Part shown: positions 51,320 through 64,000 of the stretch, one piece after another
Numbering within the stretch: position 1 is the stretch's first letter
How the letters are laid out: each line of letters starts with the position of its first letter
Source: Octopus bimaculoides
Lineage: Eukaryota
NCBI RefSeq assembly: GCF_001194135.2
Contig: NC_068984.1
Coordinates: 69,615,957 to 69,679,956, forward strand
Length of the DNA: 64,000 nt
Direction of reading: 5' to 3'
Translations under genes and position numbers: made by a program
The notes under the pieces: model-generated
Told to the model about the DNA's origin: nothing
The model's input: only the letters and a program-made list of their open reading frames with translations
Databases searched by the model: none

Positions 51320-51682
51320 AATATATGAGGAGCTTGCTTCCCAACTACATGGCTCCAGGTTCAGTGTCTTCTACTATAGCCTCAGGCCAACCAAACCCTT
51401 CTAAGTTGATTTGGTAGATGAAAAGTGAAAGAAACCTGTCGTATGTATGTATTTATCTATCTGTGTATATGTGTCTTTGTGTCTGTGTTTTTCCCCACTT
51501 GACAACTGGTGTTCGTGTGCTAATGTCCTTGTAACTTAGTGGTTCAGCAAAAGAACCAATGGAATAAGTACTAGGCTTAAGAAATAAGTTCTGGTATCGA
51601 TTTGTTCAAGTGAATGAAACCCTTCAAAGCAGTGCTCTAGCATGGCTCCAGCCAAATCACTGAAACAAGTAAAAGAATATAT
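51320..51682 (+). mobile_element. SINE family B with an internal deletion in the head
   Basis: Matches 32200-32600. Confidence 0.8.
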
Positions 51683-52761
51683 AAATACACAGTGGAATTA
51701 ATATAGTTTTCATTTGTCCTGAATCAGTACAATTATGAAATTATATGGCTTCAATGGAACTGAGGCCATATAATTTGCATCCATATAATTTTTCTTTTTG
51801 CCTTCATTATGTTTGACCAATTAAAAACCATTTTAATTTTATTAAACATGCAATTTCTCTTACCCCTTTTCCATCCTCGATGCCCCCAGCTCACGAGGAA
51901 AACTGTCCTAAGCAACAAGGTCTCTAGATAATTGATGAATATTTTGTTAATGTGACTGAGAATAAATCCTTTTATAAGCTTGGCAATAGTACCAGGAATA
52001 CCCTCTACTGTAGCATTCTTCAAAGTCAGTAGGGTTAATCATATAAGTTTGATATCTCTGACTATGAAAAGTCAGGCAACTGACTGTCAAGCATGTGAAA
52101 TAAATACATGAGAACATCACATGTCTTCTTTAGTCTGGTCATCTTTTGGCAAGCATCTCTTAATTTTTTTTTCTTTTCCTATCATAAATTCTCACCAAAT
52201 CCTTGTAGTATCTTTGTATTTATGAACTATGCATTGGAATGCATTTTAGAGAGATTATATTAAGTCACTCAGGAATGTACATTTGTGTGGCTTGCTGCTC
52301 TTGGAGTTCTCAACAGAATCTAAATTGACAACTTAAGTAGTATTTCCAAAACATTGCTGCCATGTCAGAGAGGGTAACATTGTGGAACATGAAAATAGGA
52401 TTATATTGAAGATAATATAACACTATTCATAGATTTAGGCATTCATCATTATCACATATAACAGTGACTATCTTTTTCTTTTTTATCATTACCCAAATTA
52501 TTAACAGAGGAAGAGAATTTTCTCTTCAATTAGGTATCCTGTGACATAGGAAAAAAAAAGATCAAAAATATAAAATTCTATAATTGCTTCTCTGTAAACT
52601 GTCTTGATGTGGCTTCTGAAATACCTCCGTCACGTAAACTGTTTGTTTGAAGTATTGCAGGTGTAAAAATAAATAAAATATTTGATATTTCAGAATATAT
52701 CAAAACTTCTCCCATTTTTTGTATGTACAGATTCAGACATACATCAATAAGAAAGCCTCTA

Positions 52762-52985
52762 CAAGGTGGCAAGCTGGCAGAAGCGTTAGCATGCCAGGCG
52801 AAATGCTTAGCGGTATTTCATCTGTCTTTATGTTCTGAGTTCAAGTTCCGCCTAGGTCGCCTTTGCCTTTCATCATTTTGGGGTCGATAAATTAAGTACC
52901 AGTTGCATACTGATGTTGATCTAATCGACTGACCCCACTCTCCAAAAATTTCGGGCCTTGTGCATAGAGTAAAAAAGAATAAGAA
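52762..52985 (+). mobile_element. SINE family A, full length
   Basis: aaggtggcaagctggcagaagcgttagcatgcc.. gagttcaagttcc (B-box-like).. gcctttcatcattttggggtcgataaattaagtaccagt.. cgggccttgtgc. Confidence 0.9.
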
Positions 52986-53174
52986 AGCCTCTGTCTGGTC
53001 ACTGGACCTGCTAGTAATAGCAGCTGTCGCTCCATCAAATCACATCCTGCTGCATTAACAAAGAACATCTTGGATATCATGTCTGAAAAATAAGAAGATT
53101 GACATAATTTTATGTGGTAACTTGACCTATTAAAAATAGAAACCAAATATTACTTCACTCACAGCACATTGGTT

Positions 53175-53393
53175 TATAATATTGGCTTGAAATTTTGGCA
53201 CATGGCCAGCAATTTCGAGGGAGAAGTTAAGTTGATTACACCAACCTCAGTATTCAACCAGTACTTATTTTATCAACCCTGAAAGGATGACAGGCAAAGT
53301 CAACCTCAGTGGAATTTGAACTCAGAATGTAGGGACGGTTGAAATGCTGCTCAGCAATTTGTATACTAACAATTCCACCAGCTCAACCACCTT
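53175..53393 (-). mobile_element. SINE family A (first of two tandem copies)
   Basis: Reverse complement of 52762-52985. Confidence 0.85.
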
Positions 53394-53404
53394 ACACCAT
53401 CTTA

Positions 53405-53620
53405 TAATATTAGTTCTGAAATTTGGCGCAAGGCCAGTAATTTCAGGGGAGGGTTAAGCCGATTACATTGACTCCAATTCTCAACTGGTACTTATTTTAT
53501 CGACCCAGAGAATGTGAAAGGCAAAGTCGACCGCAGTGGAATTTGAACTCAGAGCACGAGGACAGACAAAGTGCTGCTAAGCATTTTGCCTAACATGCTA
53601 ACAATTCTGCCAGATCACCA
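53405..53620 (-). mobile_element. SINE family A (second tandem copy)
   Basis: Reverse complement of 52762-52985; both copies are followed by tacaccatcttata. Confidence 0.85.
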
Positions 53621-53763
53621 TTCTACACCATCTTATACTATTAAGATCATATTAGCTAATGCTGTCCTAAATGCACTTTGAATGGGAAACAGTAGTTGAT
53701 TGCAGTTCAAATGTCTTTGGCCATATGTTACTAGTAACCAATTACTTAAAAGAGATGAGCATC

Positions 53764-53890
53764 AAAACTGTCCATCACTCTCCCTATAGTCCAGGCTTAG
53801 CACCCTGTGATTTTTGTTGTTCCTGAAGCTGAATGGGATCTTCATTTTGAAGATGAAGTAGGCTGTGAGAAGGGTTCTGAACACCATCCC
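53764..53890 (+). mobile_element. Short mariner transposase fragment
   Basis: TVHHSPYSPGLAPCDFLLFLKL matches the YSPDLAPxDF motif. Confidence 0.65.
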
Positions 53891-56800
53891 TAAATATATA
53901 TATATAGAGAGAAAGAGCGAGAGAGAAAGAGAGAGAGAGAAAAGCAAGGGGAGATTTGAGGTGTAAACAAATGAACTCAATACTTGAAGTTCTAGTTGAG
54001 AATTTTTGGTGGGAGCAATCTTCATTGACTAGTTGAAGTTATGTTGGTAGTTTTGATAAAACAATGATATAAGATAGTTTATATAAACACCATGGTAGAG
54101 GAAAAAGTCTACAGGGTTGAAGTGGTTTAGGCTTACATAGGATGTTGGAGCATATTAATAGTGATGGGCAAAAGCTGTTTCAAATGATGAGGTACCAGTT
54201 TTGTTGTGCCAAATTACAACCCAGTTTGCATGTTATGCATAACAGCGAATTATTATTTTATTCAGATACATGTAGTACACAATGATTGTGCATGGAAAGG
54301 AAATAATCTCATTATGAGTAACCAACAATTGCTTACCTCTAATTGTGCATGAGCCAACTAACCAGTCATTTGAAATTGATTAACAGGATGGCAACAATAA
54401 GAAAGATGAATTTCCCTATTGAGGGATAATGCAGGATGCTGCAAAATATTCTGTTTCAAGGGCCTTATCAAAAGTACTCTTTGTGATGTTGGGTAAGTTA
54501 TTGATTTGATTCCTGATCAAGATGAAACAAGACAAAGATGTGGAGTTTTTCTTGTCCCAACATCTGAAATTGTCTCATGAAATCATTGGTTGTTATGCTC
54601 ATGTAATGTCTCATGATGTCATTGGATTGTGTGAAGGTGGTTCTATAGACCACTGCTTTTGAGAGGCAGGATCATTGTGAATATGTATTCCGCACTTAGA
54701 TGTTGTACACACAACATCTAATCATGCTATATACAACATATATAATAGAAGTAATATAAAGACCTAAGATTAATTAAAACAGTTTTAATCCATGTATATT
54801 CTATCAGTTTGATTGTTTATATATAAGCTGATTTTCCAAGTAAATTATCCAGTAATATGGATTGGGTTATAAATGCAAGAATAAAATATTGTAGTGCATC
54901 ATAAAGTTTATGAATTCTACATGAGAATTAAGTCTTGCACTTAAATGATTTTAATGTTATAAGTGATTATATAAGCTCAAAATCCAAATGATTATAATTT
55001 CTTACTAATTAGCTCTAATTCAGTTTTAATACAGCCCAAACCATGTATAGTTGTGAAGTGATTCGAAAATACATCATTTGGTTGTCTGAAAGTTATATGG
55101 TATCTTATTTTATGTAAAAATGTACAGCTGTTATTTTTGGATTACATTGAAACCTATAGTTTAAGACATATTTTTTACCGGGATTTGTAGAGTTTCATTG
55201 TACAACCACTTCAGCCCACATAGTTTGAATATTGGACATTTTTTTAATCTGAGTTCTATTAAAATTTGTATTCTAGAAAACCATTAAATTTGTTATATAC
55301 AAGGTGCATTCTAGAAGTTTTAAGACATTTTTAGTAGAGGCAGTTATGAATGTTCTAGATGATGGTAATTGTAGTATATCATTACTATACATCTAATAAG
55401 CTGATCTAATGCATCTTCTCAAGACTCCTTTTTATTTCACATCACCTATTGTTTTTGAATTTTCCTGCACCTACAATTTAACAAGAATCTACATAATAAA
55501 TAACCAAAATATTAAATAACCAAATAATGTTACTTTATTTTAAAATAAGCAGTATGTTATAAAAGTCTACATTTGCATTCCAGTACTTTCTCTCACAGAT
55601 TTGACACTTGTTATTTAATCATAACTTTTGCTATGTCTCAGATATTGTTAGCATAACAAAACTATTCATAAGTTCAATAGTTATATACAAAGTGAGCAAA
55701 AAGAAATCAATATTTCATTATTAAGCCAAATATTCAATAAAATTATCTGAGCCAGCTAAAAAAAAAATCATATTGACCTAAAACACTACATCTTTTCTTA
55801 CTGATATTTATCATTTTATTGTATAGAATAGATTTGAAAATATTCAAGAATTCTGAATAAAAATTAAATGAAATTTTTAGATAAGAATTCTAATTGCTGA
55901 AAGTGATAAGGAATAAATAGTCTTGACATTAATGACTCCATTGGGATCAAAAAAATCTCCTTTTGTTTGCTACAAATTTCTACAAACATTCAACTGTCAT
56001 TGTTTTAATATATATTATATGCAGTTTGAAAAATAGCTTTCCTTCAACAGTTCTTAATATTTAGGGGAATTATTCTGATAATTTCCGTACTAATGTTTAT
56101 ACTACTAGAAACAATTAGTAAAAAAATCACTGTTTACTTGCAAGTGCAATGCAATTTGGAATTTCAAAGTGACTTCCGCCTGTCTAGCTAAAAATCACTA
56201 ATATATTTTGTCTTCTTTTGGAATGCAACTTTTATTATATTACAGAAAATGTATTCACTACTGGCATACATCAGTTATGTAACTTTCATGTTTTAAACTA
56301 ATCTTTTAAATAAAATAATCACTTTTATGCAATAGAAACTATTGCCACCGCTAGCCTGCTAACAGAAGTAACAATTTCTATTGGAAGTATACGCTATATG
56401 TACAATATTCCATAGCCACAGGCTATGAAGTGTATGCGTTAGTTTTTAAATATCTCAAGGATATTGCATTCAGTATCTAAACTGGTTATTTTTCTTCTTT
56501 ACTTTTTTTTACTACTGAAGTAAAATACTAGCCTCCAGTTTGGAAACTGATTTTTATATTGAATTCTTTGCATTATTCAAAAGTAAATAAGGCAGTCAGC
56601 TAGCAAGATAAAACACATTTCCTTTTCTGTGCTGGACATGATGACTTTTGGGTGAACTACCAAATTATAAATCACCATGTTCTACACTGGAGCAATCGTG
56701 ATGCTATAACTCCCAAAATTGGTTGTAACATAACCAAAGGATTACTATTTCAACCTCTCAGGATCTCATTCAATTTTAAGTTACTCAGAAAATAACATGA

Positions 56801-59329
56801 TTTTTCAGATCATTTTTGTATCAACTGATATTCAGAATAAATCAACCAATGTTGCATATTTAGTGATTACTGAGCAACAAAATTCTGTAACATGCCATAA
56901 GGAATATAGATTTATTCTATATAAGAATACATAAAACTTTGCTATAAACCAATTTAAGAATTGTGACTCTAAGAAATGCATGTAAGTCAAATGATTAATT
57001 TCATAAACTAACTGCCAAATCTATATACAACACTGAATATCATTGAATCGACTATTTACAGCTTAACTGAGATGGCTCTACTACACTGAAGGTGAAAGAG
57101 ATCTAAATTAATCAAAACCATAATTTCAAGGGTTCTTTTCCTTGCATGCTTTTATGGTAATAATCATAGGGTAGAATGTTTTGTGATTTCCTTGAAGAAA
57201 TATTAAAATGTATAGAAAAAAATTACATGGCATCATATTTTAAATCCCTGTGTATAAAGTAAATTGTACATCATGTCAAGGAGTGTGTGATGTTATCACA
57301 CAAACAAACGTTCTTAGTCTGACAGTAAATACAGTTATGGGATTGAAATCCATGTTAATTATAGCATGTGATTTGGAATGGGCTGTTGCAATTTCCAGTC
57401 TCCTTAGACAAATCTTATAATCTGCATTGCCTCACATTTCCACATAGACTCTCCTTAGACAAATCTGATACACTCTTTGTCTTTCATTTGAGCATTGACA
57501 CTTTTATAAACATTCTGTTACTCCTGGAATGTGACATTACTTTGTTGAAGAGAACTGAAATTCACGAATGGTAAAATGGGACTATATCCAACCACTTGTC
57601 TTTCTGATGTGAGTGTTGTCCTTGATACATTGTCTAAATAAGAACAGATAGTCATGGATAGAATGCTTTTGGCCATAGCTCTACTCAGTCAAGGCTGATC
57701 TGGTTCTTACCAGCAAGATATCTAGTGTACCACTTTATATATATACTGTCATCAATTACAGACAAAAAGTAAACATACATAATTCTGTTTTGCAGTATGT
57801 ATATAGATTATGCTATATGCTGAGTAGAATAATGTATGACTCTACCCTCTCTGCATAACAAAATGTTGACATGGTATCTGTTGCTAACTTACAAAGCACT
57901 GACTCGGATTCACCAGGTGTGAGTAAGTCAAAAGTGACTCGAGATCATGGGAATTTGTTTCACAATAATACTTTATATTAGGATTTAATTGAAATAATGT
58001 TTAAAGCAAAATTAAATATGTCTGCACACAAATAATTTTAGTTCTGTATGGATTCAGTGAAGAATATAAAATTTGACCAAACTTGAGGACATGGTAGTAT
58101 CATTCATATTAATCCAAGCATGCATCTTATTGACTCTGAAAAGTGGGAGGGGACATTCAACATTGATGTATCAAGAATTAGAAACAATGGGGAACCAAAT
58201 TAGTATGACATCCAAAGTTTAATTTAGTCATTTACTTTATTAGCCATTGTCACTAACCTTCCTGAATAAAACATTGACAAAGTTCATGAAATTTCTTGAT
58301 GAAGATTCATCATTAATTTCAAATAGTTTTGAAGTTATAGTTTAAAATGTGTGGTGAACATTAAGGCAATACATTTATATGTAAAAAAAAACAAAAACAA
58401 AGCAAAACAAAACAAACCTGTCAGAATGTTTACATAATGGGTGAATATTTCATGGCGATCAATATAGTTTGTTTACAAATTTAGTAAAGAAAGACTTTCT
58501 GAAACAAACTTTACTATATCCTAGTGGCAAGATTGTCTACAATGATGTTTTTAGATTTTTATAAAAGAAAACAAAATTGATGAGGATAGAAATCTTCCAG
58601 TGTGAAACTTTAGTAGGGTAGAAAATATTTTTTGTTAGAAAATTCTTTTTTGTTTTTACCTTTTCAAATATATATTTTTATTTTCATCTCAGACTGCCCT
58701 CACTATCTTCCAAAAACAAATACTAACAAAAAAAAAAAAAAAATGGAAAAGAAAAGTTAATCATATTTTACTGACATATTCAAGATTTTCATTATACAAA
58801 TGTCATCATTAGATTGATTTATTGAATTTATTTTTAGTGAGATGTTTTATTTTGAACACCATGAATCTATTTTGTTCTAAATATGAAAGACCTATTACTC
58901 TTTGAAAGGCTATCCCACACAATAATAAATGAGAAATTTGAAACATGAAAATATCCGCTTTAAAATAGATTTCTATAATCTTTATCTTTGGTGACTTTAA
59001 AGTGTATGTTTCTCATTGCTTTCTTATTTCATTCATACTGACACTTCTGGTATATTGTAACTAAAACATTTGCAACCCTAAACAATTCACACCAGCTTGT
59101 CTCATCACCTACCCATGAATCTGATCTATCAAGGTACTGAACATTCTTCATCTCTTCCATATTTTCAAATCCTATCTAAACTCAATTGTCACAATTTTGG
59201 CTTGTTTAAAACTGCCCTAACTTTGATTAATTACCACATCTCCCTCCTCATCAATATGCTTCAGAACATTATTTTTCTTAAGAATCCTCTGCTATTTAAT
59301 CCAATTTAAATTGTATATTCAATACTGTT

Positions 59330-59470
59330 GACGTCACCCTGTGAGAGAAATAATTTTGTATAGCAATGAAACATCCTTCAAATCACACACCACTCTCGAA
59401 AAAAGGTCATATTGAGTAATATAGTCTAGTAAAGATTTGCACTACCAGGGTTGATCTGAAACTAAACACA
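59330..59470 (+). repeat. Unclassified short interspersed repeat (atagcagccaaatc..caaatcacac motif family)
   Basis: Similar degraded segments at about 34490-34600, 35030-35100, 52995-53085 and, reversed, 30670-30770. Confidence 0.45.
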
Positions 59471-59669
59471 TCAAAAACTAAGTTAGTGAGAGCGATGTGA
59501 TCTTCAACAAGATCTTTCACAAGACAAAGCTAGCAATGTAGAAACTTCTAGATGATTGGCAAGTAGTTGCAGTGGCAAAAAGATGTTTATATAATTCTCG
59601 TATAGATCAAGTGGTTTGCATTCCTATGCAGTAGAAATCCCTGTTACATGTTATGCATGTAATAGAGAT

Positions 59670-60020
59670 ATCTTCTCAGTAATATCTCCTTCCTCAGTAG
59701 AGTCAGTTTTGTTATGCAATGCTGAAACCTGAACCCTCACCAAAAAGTTCGAAAATCAAATAGATGGCTGTCACACAAAAATGTAAAGAATGGCTCTGAA
59801 TGCTACATGGAGGGCTCATTTAATCAATGAATAGCCTTATCAAGCTCTACCCAAAGTGATTGAGAAGATTCAGCAGAGAAGAATGAGAATGGCTGGTGAT
59901 TGTGTTAGGTACCCAGAAGAACCTGTGTCAACTGGTCTTATAGAAATCAGTTGAAGAAATAATTGAAAGAAGAAAATGCCTAACCTATGTAGACACAGAG
60001 TTTAGAAGGTTGGATAAAAT
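59670..60020 (+). mobile_element. RTE-X LINE 3' remnant
   Basis: VESVLLCNAET*TLTKKFENQIDGCHTKM*RMALNATW..KIQQRRMRMAGDCVRYPEE matches VESVLLYG.E.WTLT..LDG.YTRMLR.ALN.SW..RR.R.AGHC.R. Confidence 0.85.
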
Positions 60021-60157
60021 ACTGCTGTGATAACTCAATTAGACTGCTGTATAAACTTGCATTGTTGAGAATTAATTGCTAATATATTAGGCTTTCATTA
60101 TTAGCCAAAGAAGCAGTATTAGTTCAAATTAGCAATCTGTATATCTTACCTGAAGTA

Positions 60158-60194
<37 letters not shown>

Positions 60195-62260
60195 CTAGCA
60201 GAGGCACCCAGCGTTGCCTGGGAATGAAATGTTTCCTTACATATTGGAAGAAAGCAAAATATGTTGTATAGAAATTTGTTATTGTAAATTCAATTTATTC
60301 TTCAGTTGGGATACTTTTTATTCTTTAATTGGGAAATCAATTCTAAATTCATAATACAAAATAACAATAATAATAATGATAATAAAGGAAAATACAAAAT
60401 TTACCATTTTTATGAAAGAAGATAAATTCTGCCTCATATGTTGCAGGAAATTATGTAAGAGCTTATAATAAACAACATTCTTTGTTTTCTGATTTGAAGC
60501 ATAGACAAATAAGTCTTGCAAACTACCTGCCTGAGAGCAGCCAACAAAGGTGACCATGAAGAAAAGCAAGCCAGTAAATTTCAATGACTGACCATGGTTA
60601 ATTGTTACTCTGGTCTAGTTTTTTGGAGTAAAAATTGCCTTTTCACACAACCATTTATGTGAATTACAATTATTACTTAAGTCTGACAATACCCTGTTCT
60701 TCGATTCAACTGGCGAATTCACCATGATAGCAATATGAGCCAAACTTATATTACCATTCCCATCAAATGGTACTTTCCCATTTTCTAATTGGAGGAGCCA
60801 GGTTGAAAACTGTTTTGCACATTGGTCCCCATGTAATAAAGGTCGCACATTAATACTGAAGGAGAATTTCAGTACTTTATTCCATAATTGTTAAGACTTA
60901 ACGCATGCTTTTATTTCATCAGATCTTCTTCGTCTCAGAATGACTGGTAATGTCTGTCTGAGGTCTCCCGATAAAACTAATGTAACTCCTCCCATAAATT
61001 TATTGTTGTCTCTGATGTCTTGTAAAGTCTTACCAAAAGCTTCCATTGCACCTCTATGTGACATGGTGCATACATTTCAAATGATAAGGTGGCATTGACA
61101 TAACACTTCTGCTGAAGCTGAATATTTGTTTATGTTACAAATTAGACTATCACTTGTGACCAGATTAAGTGGTAATTTATTTAAAAGCAGAATGAGCTGT
61201 TCGTCCTCCTGGGGGAATGGTGGCAGCAAAGCCAGAAAATGATACAGCAACTGCAAATTTTTGTTTTTGTTGCCTTACTTTGGAGAGGAGCAAGGTTACA
61301 AATGTTTTACCTGTGTCACTAGGAGCATCAAGAAAGACAATTAACGAAGTGTGCGAGTTCCAGGAAAATAATGCCCATATTTCTTGGAAGCCCCATGTTG
61401 AATTGCAAAATTTTAACGTGATATTTGTGTAATAAATAAAGAAACGAAACATTGAGTGTGTGTGTGCATGTGAGAGAGAGAGAGAGAACATTGCAAACAA
61501 TAAATAAGACGGACATGGAATTTTAAAAATCGTATAAATAAAAGGACGTTGAAAAGTACCTTGTACTGAATATTTAAATTTGTGAACTTAGTAAATTCAT
61601 TTTTCAGTAATTTATCGTAGTTCTTTACAAATAACGAATTAAAACTTGAAATGAAAACATTAGAATTAGACAGGGACAGACTTCGCCCTTTTTATCTCCA
61701 TACCGGAAGTTGACATTGAGAAACCTTTTTTAAGAAGTGAATCTAATCTAATAATATTCCCAGGTATGTTTGTGAAAAATTTCATTAAAAAATATCCCTT
61801 TTCTTGAAAGTTAAGACTAATTGAAGTAGACTCCATTGAATTTTCAGAAATTCCCCACCCCACCCGTAAAACACTTACTCCTCCCCCCAATGTTATATAT
61901 TCGTAATCGACATGATATAACACATATTCGTAGAGAATGTTATTGAAAAATATCCATTTTTCTGAAATTTATAGCAATCAAAAGTTAGGGGGGTTGCAGA
62001 AATCTATAGCTATGGCGACAAATTTGACATTTTCCTTCAACATATGGTTATATATGTATACAGAAATACATGCGTGCAGAAGGGAGTTGTAATAGAACGG
62101 ACATGCGAACCAAAGGAGAATGGCGACGAGACAGAAAAGGCTCCTTTTAACCTGTCGAACGGTCGAACACAAAAAACAAATTATATAACATAGAAACTCG
62201 TCGTGAGTGAGACGCGAGCCAAGTGCCAGTTAAAGAACAGAGTAGGACAGACAACCGTTA
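60195..62260 (-). mobile_element. Helitron, non-autonomous deletion derivative
   Basis: 3' end CTAG at 60195-60198 followed by T on the element strand; GC hairpin cccag-cgttgc-ctggg at 60207-60222, 8 nt inside it; PIF1 helicase remnant within. The 5' end is only inferred near the (TA)n run before the gap. Confidence 0.8.
60450..61345 (-). pseudogene. Helitron PIF1-type (SF1B) helicase remnant
   Basis: FLDAPSDTGKTF (motif I), GGRTAHSAFK, LSGDLRQTLPVI, WLLQLENGK, KAIFTPKN, then after a deletion TINHGQSL..VGCSQ..KTKNVVY; no Rep/HUH part seen. Confidence 0.88.
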
Positions 62261-64000
62261 TATGTATATATATATATATATNNNNNNNNNNNNNNNNNNN
62301 NNNNNNNNNNNNNNNNNNNNNNNNNNNNNNNNNNNNNNNNNNNNNNNNNNNNNNNNNNNNNNNNNNNNNNNNNNNNNNNNNNNNNNNNNNNNNNNNNNNN
62401 NNNNNNNNNNNNNNNNNNNNNNNNNNNNNNNNNNNNNNNNNNNNNNNNNNNNNNNNNNNNNNNNNNNNNNNNNNNNNNNNNNNNNNNNNNNNNNNNNNNN
62501 NNNNNNNNNNNNNNNNNNNNNNNNNNNNNNNNNNNNNNNNNNNNNNNNNNNNNNNNNNNNNNNNNNNNNNNNNNNNNNNNNNNNNNNNNNNNNNNNNNNN
62601 NNNNNNNNNNNNNNNNNNNNNNNNNNNNNNNNNNNNNNNNNNNNNNNNNNNNNNNNNNNNNNNNNNNNNNNNNNNNNNNNNNNNNNNNNNNNNNNNNNNN
62701 NNNNNNNNNNNNNNNNNNNNNNNNNNNNNNNNNNNNNNNNNNNNNNNNNNNNNNNNNNNNNNNNNNNNNNNNNNNNNNNNNNNNNNNNNNNGAAGACGAC
62801 TGGCGTCGTTGGAGCGGGCTTATCTATAGATGAAATAGGGCTCACCAGAAAAACTCTCTCTCACGTGACCTTATCTGAAGGCCACGATTGGACGGTATGC
62901 ACCCTGGCGCGAAGCAGAACTGGGGACAATTGCCGCGCAAATGAGAACTAATCAGGGTGGTGGACACAAAGGTCCAAAGCAGCCGAAGACTAGATGTTAG
63001 CAGCTTCGTTATCGTTTATAATTGAATGCCAGAGAGAGAGGTTTTACTACAGAGTAAACAATGAAAATAACTTGGTAAGGGAAATTGTTTCGTAATGTGA
63101 TGAGCAGAAAGTAAATAAGAAATTTTAACAGAAAATAAAGTATTGTACACGTTGAGGCGAAATTTGTCACTCAGTAAACGAAAGAGCCAGTATCGAAGGA
63201 ATGAGAAAGAAACCGTCAACAACAGAAACACATAAGACCGTACAGACTGAAGTGAAATTTATGAAGATACTTCTGTCAGTAAATTATGAAATTACTTACA
63301 TCAGTAATTGTGAACTTTTTGTTTGTAAATAGCAATTCAGAACTTAGACTTACTGTAAAGACAATAACATGGAAGTTAAACAATAGCGTCTGAAAAATGA
63401 AAGTGAAAAGAAGAGATATAGATAGAGAGATAGATAAAGAGATGTTATGTCTCTGATGCTAGAAAACCGGAAGTAAATATTTTAAAATCTTTGTAAGACA
63501 TGAATGTAATGTACAAAGCATTATTTTTTATTTCTGATAATTCTTAATAAAAAAATCAAATGAAGACCCTATTATATGTGCAAGACCAAATTATTCAGGC
63601 AATACAAGTATGGAAGTAATTGGTGAAGCTTTTTGCACATGAGAAGTGAAAATGCTCACATCTCTATTTTATATATTAGATACACACACACACACTATAC
63701 TGCTGAAGACTATCTAAACTGTGGTATTCATTTTGAGTGAACATCTCTTATAGATATATGCTGTTAGATATCATAAAAATGTATCAACAGCAGTCGAAAA
63801 TCAGATAGAAGCATTGTTAAATCTGTATTTCTGCTTTTTTGTGTATTAAAAAAAGCACAGAAATATTCCAGAAGAAGGTGAAAATTGGCAACATTGACAG
63901 TGACATTGCTAAATCCAGATTTCTGCCTTTTGGAGCTTCATGATATTAAACATTCTTAGTACGAACGTGAAATAGGAAATAAAAATAGATCTACTGGAAG

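Overview
Eukaryotic, strongly AT-rich, repeat-dominated DNA with eight assembly gaps. The SINE families present resemble those abundant in Octopus (coleoid cephalopod) genomes; this organism call is recognition from memory, not a database result. There is no intact long ORF: nearly all long ORFs in the track are microsatellite translations, span N-gaps, or are antisense to transposon remnants. Supported content: (1) about 25 tRNA-derived or LINE-tailed SINE copies in five working families (A-E); (2) degraded LINE fragments (RTE, RTE-X, Tx1/L1-like) and Penelope fragments; (3) DNA transposon remnants (Tc1, two mariner, two hAT); (4) a deleted Helitron with a clear 3' hairpin+CTAG end and PIF1-helicase remnant; (5) a CpG-rich cluster at 15.8-19.3 kb with two long inverted-repeat (foldback/MITE-like) elements; (6) several small, low-confidence plus-strand exon candidates from an unidentified host gene. 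I cannot support a new biological system from sequence alone. The best leads are the foldback cluster, a near-perfect 26-bp hairpin created inside a SINE, closely spaced inverted SINE pairs (possible dsRNA/ADAR substrates) and the unidentified exons.
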